Below, in pieces: positions 1-32,639 of a DNA stretch of 64,000 bases (position 1 is the first letter of the stretch; every line of letters begins with the position of its first letter). A program made the translations under genes and the position numbers. This DNA is from Octopus vulgaris (taxonomy: Eukaryota): assembly GCA_951406725.2 (NCBI GenBank), contig OX597829.1, forward strand, positions 54,436,001-54,500,000, written 5' to 3'. The notes below the pieces were generated by a model. It saw only the letters and a list, made by a program, of their open reading frames with translations. It was not told the origin of the DNA and did no database searches.

Positions 1-442
1 GAACCGGATCATCCTCGCAATTTCGGCTGATTAATTTTGAGATTGTTCCAATCTGGCCAGCCCCAAGGAAAAACTAAGCTAAGAGTATTAGATTCCTTGG
101 AAAAAAGCATCGAATGTATACGAAACAAGGACGGAAAAACGGACGATGTTACATGAATATAAATACAAAAATAATATAAAAAAACAAAAATAATAATAAT
201 TATAACAGGACATAATAACAGGCGTCTTTCAACTGGAGACATATTGAATTCAGCTGCGTGTTGGGAATTAAGCCTTACGGCAGAGGGAAGAATATCGATG
301 TAGCAGTGACCGTGGTCAAATGCAAAAGGGCTACCAGTCAGCCAACGGTCATGTGAGCAGATATAGATTATTTTATTTATTAGGGAATAAAAATTCCGGC
401 GTCACAGGGATTCAAATAAAATGAATTATTTTCGATAAGGAA

Positions 443-1021
443 ATATATGTTATTTAGAGATAGAAGTCCCCATGCAATTCATCAAATCCTAATATACATC
501 ACACCATATCATAGAGTTTTATTTTAATACTTACTATTTCAGTTCCAAATTTCTCTGCTACACATATTTCATGAGGTGCGTTTAACATTCCTTAATCACG
601 CTGTGTTTTACAGGAAAATTTCTTAAATGCAATGTTTATAGGCATAAGTCACGCTTGAATTTAGTTTTGTAAATTTTTAATTTTTAATCAATTAAATTAT
701 GGCTTGCACAGCAAGGTTCAGCGAATTTATTTGCACATATGCATATTTGTCTGTTAATTACATTCATAACTGTTAAAATATTAAAATATAGAAATTGGTA
801 TTGAATTATAATAAAGTTATCAAGGGCCCTGACGATTGGGGTCGCATTTAAGAAATGTTCCTGTAAAAGACTGCGTGTATAAGAAATGTTAAACACACCT
901 CATGAAACACGTGTAGCAGAGAAATTTAGATATGATTAGTAAGTATTAAAATAAAATTCTATGATATGGTGTGATGTATATTAGGATTTGATGAATTGCA
1001 TGGGGACTTCTATCTCTAAAT

Positions 1022-1030
<9 letters not shown>
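443..1030. mobile_element. Foldback/MITE-like element with ~187-bp inverted arms (443-630 and 844-1030)
   Basis: atatatgttatttagagatagaagtccccatgcaattcatcaaatcc... at 443 is the reverse complement of ...ggatttgatgaattgcatggggacttctatctctaaataacatatat ending at 1030; followed by (TA)n. Confidence 0.8.
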
Positions 1031-1059
<29 letters not shown>

Positions 1060-1062
<3 letters not shown>

Positions 1063-1330
1063 TGATATGATGTGCTTGAGAAGACTCATCAAGCCAAGTG
1101 AAATTGCAGCTGTGACTGATGCCGGTGCCACATAACTGGCACCTTGTACTGGTGGCATGTAAAAAGCACCAATTACACTCTTGGAGCGGTTGGCATTAGG
1201 AAGAACATCCAGCCATAGAAACCATACCAAGTCAGACTGGAGTCTCATGCAGCTGTCCAGCTTACTAGTTTCAGTTAAACTGTTTAACCCATGCTAGCAT
1301 GGAAAGCAGATGCTAAACGATGATGATAAT
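1060..1330 (+). mobile_element. SINE/LINE-tail repeat ending in (GAT)n; representative of a very abundant family (other copies e.g. 2100-2390, 39570-39985, 61085-61390, and inverted at 5620-5900, 10600-10790, 43950-44190, 63170-63600)
   Basis: Shared tail ...ggagtggttggcattaggaagggcatccagctgtagaaaccatgcc...ccaacccatgccagcatggaaa...gttaaacgatgatgat recurs throughout the window. Confidence 0.75.
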
Positions 1331-2913
1331 ATATAAGCACAGGCACGACTGTGTGGTAAGAAGTTTGGTTCTGAACCACATGCTTCTGGGTTCAATCCCA
1401 CTGCATGGCACCTTGGGCAAGTGTCTTCTATAGCTTGTCAGTGGATTTGGTAGGTGGAAACTGAAAGAAGATCATTTTGTGTGTATATCATCATCATCTA
1501 ATTTGAAAATTTACCAAAATACCCCAAAACTGAGCTGAATGTTTTCTCTGGGTTGTTTTAGCCTGGAGAAAGGTTCGTGTCACCAACTAAATTTAAAATA
1601 AAATATCACAGGTTTTGCACAAAGTTCACATTTGAATAGTGAGAAAAAGAAAATTGTCCAGAATACACACTTGGTAACTTGAAGTCAATAAAGGTGGCAT
1701 TGAAAGAACATACAAAAGATGTGTTAGGTATATGGAAACAAGACAAAACTCAACAGCCAGATTAGAAAACTTGCTTACAACCAATTGAAAGGTGAAGTAA
1801 AAGAAACATTTTGTGGCAATATGTCGTGCTTGAGAAGACCTCTCGTATCAAGTGAAGCCGTAATCATGGTCGATGCCAGTGTAACAGGCACCCATGCCAG
1901 TAGCATGTAAAGTGTACCCTTCAAATCTTGGACTTCACGAAGGTGATAAATGACCAAGACTTTTGGTTATATGCTGTGCTTGAGAAGAAGAGCCATCAAG
2001 CTAAATGAATCTGTAGTCACGGTCGATGCTGGTGTCACGTAACAGGCACCCATGCCAGTGGCACCCTTCAAATGTTGGACTTCACAAAGGGGATAAGTGA
2101 CCAAGACCTTTGGTAATATGCTGTGCTTGAGAAGACTGGTCAAGCCAAGTGAAATTGTAGTTGTGGCTGTTGCTGATGTCACATAACTGGCACAAGTGCT
2201 GGTGGCATGTAAAAAGGACCCATCACACTCTTGGAGTGGTTGGTGTTAGGAAGGACCTGCAGCTGTAGAAATCATGCCAAATCAGACTGGAACCTAATAC
2301 AGCTCTCCAGTTTACCAATTTCAGTCAAACTGTCCAACCCATGCCAGCATGAAAAAACACTAAATGTTGATAATGATGATGGTGATGATAATTTTGGTAA
2401 GACTACTACTTATGGAATCAATGAAATTGTGACAAGAATTCACACAACTTAGGAGTTGCCAAAAACAATTGTAATAAATAGTCCCTAAATTCTAATCTAG
2501 TGAATTTGAGAATTAGAGCAAATTTGGAGGTATTGAACATTTGACTAGTGCTCCCTCTGCCACCTATTAAAGTGATTTAAAAGATTGGTTAGAATTTTCA
2601 AAGTTATGACAAAGTCTAACGTTGAGGTGAAGACAAAGCCCGGAGTTTTAACGAAAATTATACATTAATGACAGATTTTGCTCAGAATTTTACAGCAGCA
2701 TTGGTTACAAAAGCCTACTTCAAGATGAACAATAATTGAGTTCAAATTCCACCAAGGTCAAACTTTTTTTCTTTTTGGGGTTGATATAATAAAGCAATGA
2801 TCAAATATTGAAGCTAATACAATTTACCAACATCTTCCCTCAAAATTGCTGGTCATGTGCCTAACAGAGAATTTATATTACATCTTTCAGCAGCAGAATT
2901 TTCCTTATATAAG

Positions 2914-2965
<52 letters not shown>

Positions 2966-4108
2966 CACTTTTGCTACACTGAGAGGTTGTTGTTGTTGTT
3001 GAGAGACAAATACAATGAGAGAGATAGTGTGTGTATGTCTGAAATATAGATAGATGTCGTTATACTAATTAGAAAGCCTTGATTGAACGCAGGAATAAGA
3101 GATACAAGATACAGTGTACTTGTATTTAAAGCAATCAAATGACATGATGTGTGGCTGTTCTAATCAGAGGGAGCTTCAACTGCAAAAGGACATCCCAGTA
3201 AGCCAGCAAATTTGGTATATTGTTATTAATAATTTAGCCTTAAAAAGTGTGAAAAATTATATATTGCCATGAAAAAAGCCGTAAAATATCACGGACAATA
3301 TTTACGATTCTGCAAATATGCAGTGGTTTCCATGAACACTTACTAGTTCAGCAAATAACCGGGACCGCGAATGCCAAACTGCAAAATAAAAATGTTGAAG
3401 TATTTTATTTTACTTCAACATTTAAGTTGTTGCTTCTTTTCATCAGTTTTCAAGGCTTGAATTTGACTAAATCATTTGACTTAATATTATCAGATATTAA
3501 TAATAATTAATAGTAGTGGCTTTCCACACACCTCTCCATATTGAAAGTTTAATAGTTTTAAACATGTTTTAACAGAATATCTTTTTAATTTGATGATCAG
3601 GTCTTTACCCCACCCCCACCCCTATACAACTCACACCTTATCAACTGAACCAACTCTGTGATACAAAATACAAAAGCAGGCAGATTATTTGCCTTGAGTA
3701 CAAATTTCCCTGAGGTGTTCATATGTTTCTAAGCTAGGTAAGGACACTTGGCTTCACATGCCTTAGTTTACCTGATTTATAATGAATAGATAGCTACTTG
3801 GCAACCTATACAGGTTTGATGCCATGCTACCAAAACTAACCATTTATAAACGATTTAAGCTTGAGGAGAAGGGACAAGGTTGTAAGATATTTATCTTTGC
3901 CTTTAATAACAGCAAACACAAAGGAGAGGTGTGTATCTAGTCGCTGAGAAATTCACATACCTCCACTTATAGAAAGAGATTGTTTTACTCAATCAGGTCA
4001 ACCTACTCTCAGGTGGCCAGGACATGCTTGACTTGCCAATTACAAACAACCCTAAGTTTATGTCACTGTATAATAATAATATGTCTACACAAAAGGCTTT
4101 ATAACCAC

Positions 4109-4320
4109 CTTCTTCTTCTTCTTCTTCTTCTTCTTCTTCTTCTTCTTCTTCTTCTTCTTCTTCTTCTTCTTCTTCTTCTTCTTCTTCTTCTTCTTCTGCT
4201 ACTTCTTCTTTTTCTTCTTCTTCCCCTCTTCTTCTTCTTCTCCTCCTCCCTCTCCTCCTCCTACTCTTCTTCTTCTTCCTCTTCCTCCTCCTCCTCCTCC
4301 TCCTCCTCCTTCTTCTTCAC
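4109..4320. repeat. (CTT)n/(CCT)n microsatellite
   Basis: Direct reading; explains the poly-L/poly-S ORF 3980..4390. Confidence 0.97.
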
Positions 4321-4717
4321 TCTTATGGTTATTGTGCACTTGGATGTACTCAATGTGAACTCAGCCACATTCCAGTTATATAAATTTTAAAAAACAAGAT
4401 ATACATTTTCAAATCAGGAATTTAGTTTGAAAAAACTAGAAAAGTAAAATATTTTATGCTCAACAATTGAACGAGTATTTATTTTATTAAAATTTGGAAG
4501 GTAAATTAATAAAAACAAGGCATGGCTGTTTAAAACCTTGTTGCTTTGGGTTCGGTCTCAGTGAATGGCACAGCCTAAGAACCCCTTGCTGACCAATGCC
4601 TTGTGAATGAATTTGGTGAACAGAAACTGTGGAACCATGTTTTGTTTGTGTGTGTGAGCATGTAAAGGCACATGGCTCTGTTGTTAGACTGGCCTAATCT
4701 ATCTATATGTCTGTTTC

Positions 4718-4752
<35 letters not shown>

Positions 4753-4753
4753 C

Positions 4754-4789
<36 letters not shown>

Positions 4790-4795
<6 letters not shown>

Positions 4796-5620
4796 CCAGA
4801 TCTGTGACTGGAGCAAAATCCCAACGAGGTCAAGGGTGACATGGTGGTAGGAAAAGGATGTAAACAGTGCTATAAAAGCAAAGAGACAGAATTGGTAAGA
4901 CTGGCAAAATTATGGTAGATGACGATTATATCTGGTAACCAGAAGGGAAGCTAGGCAACAGGTTTACATAGTGAAAGGAAAATCAGAAAGTATGAGATTT
5001 GCCAATGCTTTGCATCATGAGGATCAGAGGTGGGAGGTGTTTGGGATTTCAAAGCAGTGTATCAGAGAGAACTGAGGTTTTGCAGATGAGATATGTATGT
5101 GAATGGATAATGGTAAGCTTGAGAAGAAAGAGGCACAGAAATGCCACAATAAAAGGTTGCTAAATGTGGAGAATTGAAAGAAGAAAGTAAGTCTTTCCTA
5201 ATATGCAGCACCTGAGTAACCAGGCATCATAATTGACAACTGTATGAAAGATAAAGCAATTAAAGGTATTAAGGCAGAGGAAGCCTCTGGACCATCAGGA
5301 ATCCCCACTAAGATTCTTAAATATCTGGTGGTATAGGTCATAGCCTAGTCACCTGTATAATCAATCAGGCAATCTGGAGGTACAGGTATGTGTCATACCC
5401 ATCGACTGGTGTAGCAGCATTGTAGTCAGCTGCTACAGGGTAACTGAGCTGCCTTACATAGAAAGAATTTCAGAGGTATCAAACTTATTGACCAGGTCCA
5501 AAAGTTACAGAGAGTTATAGTCCAATTGATAAGGAACAGAATTAGACTAGGTGAAGTGCAGTTTGGTTTTGTGCCAAGGAGGAGTAATGTGGATGCTATC
5601 TTCCTAGTGCAGATGAAGTA
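4790..5620 (+). mobile_element. Decayed RTE-type LINE fragment (start of reverse transcriptase region)
   Basis: Frameshifted remnants such as KASGPSGI, NFRGIKL and EVQFGFVPRRS; same family as the minus-strand copy at 15716-16710. Confidence 0.75.
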
Positions 5621-6768
5621 TCATCATTTAACGTCCCTCTTCCATGCTGGCATGGGTTGGATGGATTGATAAGAGCCGGCCAGGTAGAAGACTACCCCAG
5701 GCTACTGTGTCCGTTTTGGTATGGTTTTTATGACTGGATGCCCTTCCTAATATCAACCACCCTGCAGAGTGGACTCAGTGCGTTTTACATTGTAACAATA
5801 GAGGCAAGGTCAGTTTTGACATGGTCTTTACAGCTGGATCTCATTCCAAATGTCAACCACATTACAATGTGGACTGGGTGCTTTTAACGTGACATCAGCA
5901 CTGGTAGGGTCACCAAATGACTTGCAAGACAAGGAATTTTGAGGGGGAAGGGGGCATTGGAGGAGGTGGGATTTTGTGCCAGATGAGGAAATGTTAGAGT
6001 GAGACAGAGGGGCAGAAACAGGTGTCGTTCTATAGAGGAGGTACATGGTTACTTGGCCAGAGAGAGAGAGAGAAGAAAAAGAGAGGGAGAGAAAAGAGAG
6101 AGAGGCACAAGAAAGAGGAGAGAAACAGATATGCTGATGTAAAGGTGATACTAGTCAGGTTACCTAGTCAGAGCAAAATCAAGAGGAGAGAGAGAGAGAG
6201 AGATGGGGGGGATCAAGAATGAAGGCAGAAACAGGTATGCTGCTGTAGAGGGGATATATGGCTACCCAGGCAGAAGGATGAGAGAGAGAGAGAGAGAAAG
6301 AAAGCGAGAGAGACAGCAGGGGAGGGAGAGAGAGAGCAGGAGAGAGAGGGAAGAGAGAGAGAGAGAGAGGAAGCAGGAGAGAGAGAGATGGTAAAGTGTC
6401 AGGGTATACTCACAAGAAATGGAGTTCAGAGCATAGATGGGATGGTAGAGGAAGGAAGAGAGAGAGAGTTAAATGGAGGGGGGTAGGAAGAAAAAAAAAG
6501 AAAAGAACACAATGAAAATATCCCACCAAAACCAAGTTGTAGCAGTTGTTGCTTCAAGATCATGGTGACATGGAACTCAAGTTGCAATGATCTAAACCAT
6601 TTTGTTACAAACTCCTTAACTGCACATCTGTGATTGAGCCTTTATATAAGTATGTGTGTGTGTGCGCGCATGTGTGTGTGTGCGCGCATGTGCGTGTATG
6701 TGTATGCATGCATATATGTGTGTGTGTAATCTCATTCAAATTTTCTTTCATTTTATTCATTTCTACAG

Positions 6769-26658
<19,890 letters not shown>

Positions 26659-27735
26659 TGCTAAATAAAGTTTGTTTAATATGAAAATATTGCAGGTTTC
26701 AAATACATTTTAGAATTGACAAAACAAAATATTAATTAAAATGGCATGTAAGTCTGTTCAACTGTAATATAGTCAAAAAATAATCTAGGACATAACTAAT
26801 TTATATATCTGTAAGTGTGTGTAAATTTGTATATATGTACTCTTATGGAACATCTCCCACCTCTATCCCTTCTGTACTGCCTATACTCCCCACCCCACTG
26901 CTACCTGAGGGTAGGTCTCCATGCATCTCCAACACCATCTATTTCTCTCTCACTACCTACCTCTCTCCCTTTCTTTTCCCTATTGGGTAACCAAGTATCT
27001 CCTCGGTAGTGAGATGCCTATCCCTATGCCTCTCCTATATCCTAGCCTTTCACTTGGCACAAAGCCACCTCCCTTGATTCCACTCCCTCTCTCAGCCAAA
27101 AGTTCTTCATCTCACAAGTTACTTAATCACCCTGCTGGTGTGTTCATGCCATGTAAAACACACCACTGCTGACACCATATAAAAAGCACCCACTACATTC
27201 TGCATCCAGACATAGAAACCATGCCAAAGTAGACAGTGGACCTTGGTGCCATTCCAGGCCTTGCCAACCAATGCCAGCATGGAAGACAGATGCTAAATGA
27301 TGATCATGGTGATGTATATATATGTATTTCATTCTCTCTCTCTCTCTATCTATCTATCTAACTATTTATCTATCTAGCTATCTAGCTATCTATCTATCTA
27401 TCCATCCCTCCATCCACCCATCCACTCACCCACCTATCTATCTATCTATAGATAGACAGATAGGCAGACAGACAGGTAGATAGACAGCTAGATAGATTGA
27501 CAGACAGGCAGGCAGTCAGACAGATAGATAAATAGATAGACAGACAGACAGGTAGATAGCTAACTAGGTAGATAGATAGACAGACAGATTTATAGATAAA
27601 TAATAAATAGATATATATACACATATACATACATAGATATACACAAACACACACACACATGTATTTAAAGAATAGCAATGACAAGAAAACTTACTGGAAG
27701 AACAAAGTTTCTCAAATGAAAAGAGAAATTCAAAG

Positions 27736-27807
27736 GGTTGCTTTGGCCCAATGGTAGAAAGTCTGTTATGTTTACTGGAGATGTGGGTTCAAATCCCATG
27801 GACAGTC
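27736..27807 (+). pseudogene. Degenerate tRNA-like sequence (tRNA pseudogene or isolated SINE head)
   Basis: A-box TGGCCCAATGG, B-box GGTTCAAATCC, weak acceptor stem GGTTGCT/GACAGTC, T-run downstream; anticodon arm not resolvable. Confidence 0.4.
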
Positions 27808-27994
27808 TTTCACTTTTTCTATCCAAAAGAGATTTTTCAACCAAACAATTACAAGATATCATTTATAGCATTATAGCTTCAAGTTTCACTATGAAAGAAA
27901 AATTATTTTCCCTCCACCCCGAAATTGCTGGCCTTGTGCCAAAATTTGAATCGAACATTTTATATTGGTAATATATTTCTATTTTCCTTTTTAA

Positions 27995-28201
27995 CCCTTT
28001 CATTACCAACCAGGCTGAAACCACTTCTGGCTCTGAGTACAAATGTCTTGTTTTCAAAAGTTTTGAATAAAACTCTTCCACAATTTATGTTCCAAACACT
28101 AGTTTAATGATAACTAAGTTATTTTACTAAATTCTTTGTTATGTTTAAAATTAATTGAAAGAAACGCAGAGCATCTCAACAGAAATACAGTAACGAAAGG
28201 G
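27995..28201. mobile_element. piggyBac-type MITE (inverted copy at ~61808-62029; partial copy ~34370-34557)
   Basis: TTAA-CCCTTTCATTACC ... GTAACGAAAGGG-TTAA. Confidence 0.8.
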
Positions 28202-28865
28202 TTAAAGATAGATCCTCCATCAAATCAGTTGCTCTGCCAGCTAGACTCATTAACTTAATATATAAATAGTTGAGTATTCCTTAGACATATGTACCCCTAA
28301 TGTAAAGTCACAGGCGAAATCAGGATCTTTGAACAAGGGGTAGAATACATTGACTGGGCTTCCACACAGATTCCATCCACATGACTTGGTTCAATCCAAG
28401 GCTACAATGAAAGAACTGCCCAAGAGATCAAACCTAGGAATCCATGACTGTAAAGCAAGCATTTTAATCAATCAGCCATGCTGTGATCTATTTCATAACT
28501 GGAAGACTGTGCGGCATCAGTAAACCTAAGAATTTAAGCTTGAAAGTTAAAAGTTTTCATTGCATATGAGACACTCCTTTTCTCTAAATTGTCATCGCCT
28601 CTCCAAATCTTGGACTTTTCCATTTGAAATTCCCCCCCCCACCGCCAACTGGCAATGATTCATGTTATTTTCCTTCCACTAACAAGTTTCCTCTTGCTGC
28701 CTCCTAGATATTCTCCCCAGTGATACACAGATATGCACCCATACACACACACATATATTAAAAGAAATGGATAACAAAACCAAGGCAGGACAAGTATCTC
28801 AAGTCATTTAGAGTATTTAATTTGAGTGAGATGAATCAAGAAATGGAGAAGTGGAAGTAATTAAT

Positions 28866-28945
28866 GCCTTACAGCTGTTTCTGGGATATCAATACGCTGG
28901 GATATCAATACAACTCAATACGCTGGGTATTCTGTCATCAGAGAC
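28866..28945 (-). ncRNA. Minimal type I hammerhead motif, stem II degenerate
   Basis: GUCU-CUGAUGA-...-GAAAC-AGCU-GUA-AGGC; palindromic stem III ACAGCUGU. Confidence 0.6.
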
Positions 28946-29097
28946 AAGTTGTGTATGCAGGAAAGTTTCAGGCAGAAATTCACAGTATATAAAAGAATAA
29001 AACAATAGATAGAAGAATAAAGACAGGAGAATAAAGTTCATGTATATATATAAGTAAATAAATGGAGTTGAACGCAGATGCTATTCAAATTCTTTTA

Positions 29098-29179
29098 CTT
29101 TCGACATATGTTTCGAAGACAACATTGGTTTTATTCCAAAGGAATAAACGGTGTAAATGCAATCTTCTCATCAGGAAAA
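29098..29179 (-). ncRNA. Minimal type I hammerhead ribozyme with a fully canonical core
   Basis: UUUUC-CUGAUGA-GAAGA[...]UCUUC-GAAAC-AUAU-GUC-GAAAG; stem I 5 bp; stem II closed by G-C; palindromic stem III ACAUAUGU; GUC cleavage triplet at 29105-29103. Confidence 0.8.
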
Positions 29180-29550
29180 AAAGAGAGCCTATCTCCACAA
29201 CAAGACATTATAACAATTTCGATGACTGCATAAATGATAAACAGAACGTTATTGAGTATTTTATATATATATATATATATATTTCATCATGTTGGACCAT
29301 TAAAGCCTACGCATTTTTTCTCTCTCCATTTTTTTTTTCCTTTCAACGCTTTCTTTTGAAGAGTGTAGACTCAAAATGTCAAAGACTTTTCCACTCTTTC
29401 TGAGTATCAAACTAATATACCTCCTCATTGCTCCCTCACCTGTCTCCATCTTTTGTTTTCCATAAATTTGAACTATATATATATATATATATATGATAAT
29501 TGAATAAGTTGGAGTCAACAAGAAGGAGTACAGAGGAACATTTATTTTTA

Positions 29551-29655
29551 ATCACTACAATTGTTTCCCCACAATGTAGTTCTCCAGGTTCACAGGTATT
29601 TGGTTTTGTAACCATTTCCTTGCATTACGAGATTTGTTGTATTTCCTCAGGTGAT
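29551..29655 (-). ncRNA. Minimal type I hammerhead motif, stem II base mispaired
   Basis: AUCAC-CUGAGGA-...-GAAAC-AAUU-GUA-GUGAU; perfect 5-bp stem I; palindromic stem III. Confidence 0.62.
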
Positions 29656-30214
29656 GAATAATTATTGCTTCTGTGTTCTGTAAACTCAAATTCTCAGCTT
29701 CACTCTTCCAATCCTAATATTATATATATATATATATTTACAAACAAGTTAACATGTATATAATGAGAGAAGAGGAGAGAGGGAGAAAAAGATATTTTTG
29801 AAAACAATGACTGAACCAAAAGTGACATCTTGAATTGTAATTAAATCTTAATGGGCTGACCACATCAATACAATATAGTTGAAAAAAACCTCTTTCTCTC
29901 AGTCTCTCTTCCTTTCCTCTTTACTTTTCTTTCTCTTTCTTGCTTGTCTTTCTCCACCCCCTGTCTCTCTCTCCCTTTCTCCAAAAAACAAAACAACATC
30001 CGTGTTTCAATTTATATAAAAGAGACAAGAAACTTTCTGTAGATTATCTTGAAGAGTTGAACAGCAGCACTAATAAAGAATTAACTAAAATTCTGACTGC
30101 CTCCTTCTTAATATATATATATATATATACATACATATAGCTATACATACATATATACGTACATACATGCATACATTTGTACATACATCCATACATATGT
30201 ACATGAATATATAC

Positions 30215-30250
<36 letters not shown>

Positions 30251-30826
30251 CAACTACCAAACTGCTTTTCTACATAAACCCAACAACCACAAAACACACA
30301 CACACACATATGCTGTTGAAGAATTACTGCCTTCCTTTCAGAAATCTTTGTTGCGTAAACCTATTCATTAAAAATTAAAGTACAAACAACTTAAACAGTA
30401 CTAACCTCAGTTATATATATCTTAACTTTCGAATAATGTGGTAGGGCCATCCATTCATTAAATTCTGTTCTTAGTCATGTTTACAAGTGACTAACTTAAT
30501 GAATTTTTAATAACTGTTTCAACAAAACTCCCGAGGACATTACACTACTTGATTATATCATAAATGGACACTCAAAACCTTTTGTTCTTTTTATTCTGTC
30601 ATGCATATTTTAATAAGCATTCAACAGTAAATTTGTTCTTTTAGTCATTTTGTGAAGAAATTGAAAATCAGAACAGCTTAACTCATGTCTCAAACTTCAT
30701 TTGTCTGATTTAATATTTTTATATGTTTTCAGAAACTAAGTTCTTTTCCAATAAAGATTTCTACTATTTTAAGAAAAAGTACATCAATTGTTTGTAGTCA
30801 TTTCTGAGATATGTTTTTTTATTATA

Positions 30827-31695
30827 TGAGGAGGTACCCAAAAGCAACCGGAAACATTCTCTGTGGGATAAGCCCATTGTAGTTCAGGCTTCCACCACCA
30901 GAAGCCACTTGATGTGATCCTCAGGCATCAGAATGCCAACCAGTGGTGTCAAGTGAAGTCATACTACCGCATGGTGCATCTGTTTTGCAGTGCTTCTTCC
31001 CTGTTCATCAATTTTTGTAATAGCTGAAATGAAGGAACAGCATGTTCCGTGAAATTCTGTTTTCTGCTGGAGAAAATGGCAGCCAAAACAGTTGTCATGT
31101 TTCAGACAGCTTACAAGAACACTGCTATGAGCAAAACACAAGTTTACGAGTGGTTTTCACATTTTAGGAATGGTAACTTGTCGCTTGAATATTAATGTCA
31201 TTCATGGCATCTACCAACCTCTGAATCAAATGAAAATTCATGAAGTGATCTTGGAGGACTGTCACCAAACAATTTAACGAACTTGTTGATATGGTTGGTG
31301 TGTCTTGGAGGTCCTGCCAATAAAGTTTGAGTGAGGAATTGCAAATGAAGAGTTGCAGCAAAATTTCTGCCTTGGAAGATCAGGAGCAATCACAAGTGAA
31401 TGTGTGTCGTGAACTGAAAGAACAGTTGGAAGTTGATCCGGACCATTTTTCAAAGATCATCGCTGGTGATGAAGCTGTTGCTATGGAATTTGCAGATGTG
31501 GAAGAGGTGAAGAAAAAACAATGGAGGCATCGCTTCACAAAAGTTCTAGGACTGCTTCCAACAGTGGCAAACACGTTTGTACCGATGCATTGCTTCAAAT
31601 GGAGAATACTTTGAAGGCAAGAAAAGTGTAAACATGTAAAACTAAGGGAATAAAATAGTATTGCAAAATTCTGGCTTCTTTTGGGTCCCCCCTCG
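30827..31695 (+). mobile_element. Internally deleted mariner element with both TIRs
   Basis: TIRs tgaggaggtacccaaaagcaaccggaa / ttctggcttcttttgggtccccccctcg; remnants VYEWFSHF, FSKIIAGDE fused to FADVEEVKKK. Confidence 0.82.
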
Positions 31696-32639
31696 TTTAT
31701 ATGAAACTTTACTTGCTCTTTCACATGATTAGATTATTTATACATACACAGATAAACACACATATATATCTGGGGACAGGGGTGGGTATTCAAGTTCAGT
31801 CCTACTGTGTGGCACCTTGGGCAAGTAACTTCTGTTCAGCCTAAAGACAACCAAAGCCTTGTGAATGGATTTGATAGGCAAAAACTGAAAGAATCCTGTC
31901 ATGAATGTGTGTGTGTGTGTGAGAGAGAGAGGGAGAGAGAATGTGTGACTGTGCGAGTATGTGAGTGTCTCCTAGTCTTGACATTGCGTGGCTGTTGTAA
32001 ATGAGCATCACTGTTATACAAGCAGTGTCCTTTCTAATATTCTGCGAGAACACAACTGGCCATGAGGGAAATATTACCTTTCTTGGAAACAGGTGACAGA
32101 ACGATCATCTGGCTATAGAAAATCTACCTCAAAGAACTTCTTCAGATCCTTGGAAGCATGGAAAAGTGGATGTAAAACAATAATGATTTTGATGATGTAT
32201 GTATACATATTAGACAAAAATCAACATACACAGAATTCTTTGTTGTCTCTTTAGAATGTTGACTCCATAAGAAGCAAAGATGAGCTGTTTTGAATTTGAA
32301 TTATTTACCATTCGCCTCCACTCATGCACAGAAAATATACAAACCAGGAGCATCATATGCTGAAGAAATCAAGTGCATTCCATTTGTAGAATGGATGTTC
32401 TTGAGAGGCTTCTGAAGCAAAAGACTTTATGTATTACAGCTTACCATGAGCTCAAAGTTGGAATATTTTGCAGCAATACCAGAATTAGAGACCTCATCAT
32501 TGGTTGGCGAAACAGAGTGAACTTAGGAGTATGCCAGGGTTTTAAGACTTTTTTTTTATAAGTTTACTACATTATTATAATTTTAGTATGTTGTTTACTA
32601 CACATCTAATAAGCTGACCTGCCAACTTTTGTTATTCCA

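Noticed and set aside
1-6768. Upstream SLC5 exons
   Set aside because: No segment with SSS-family N-terminal motifs and proper splice sites was recognised; they probably lie before the window, though a small exon could have been missed
26664-26669. AATAAA just after the SLC5 stop as the polyadenylation signal
   Set aside because: AATAAA is frequent in this AT-rich DNA; cannot be assigned without 3'-end data
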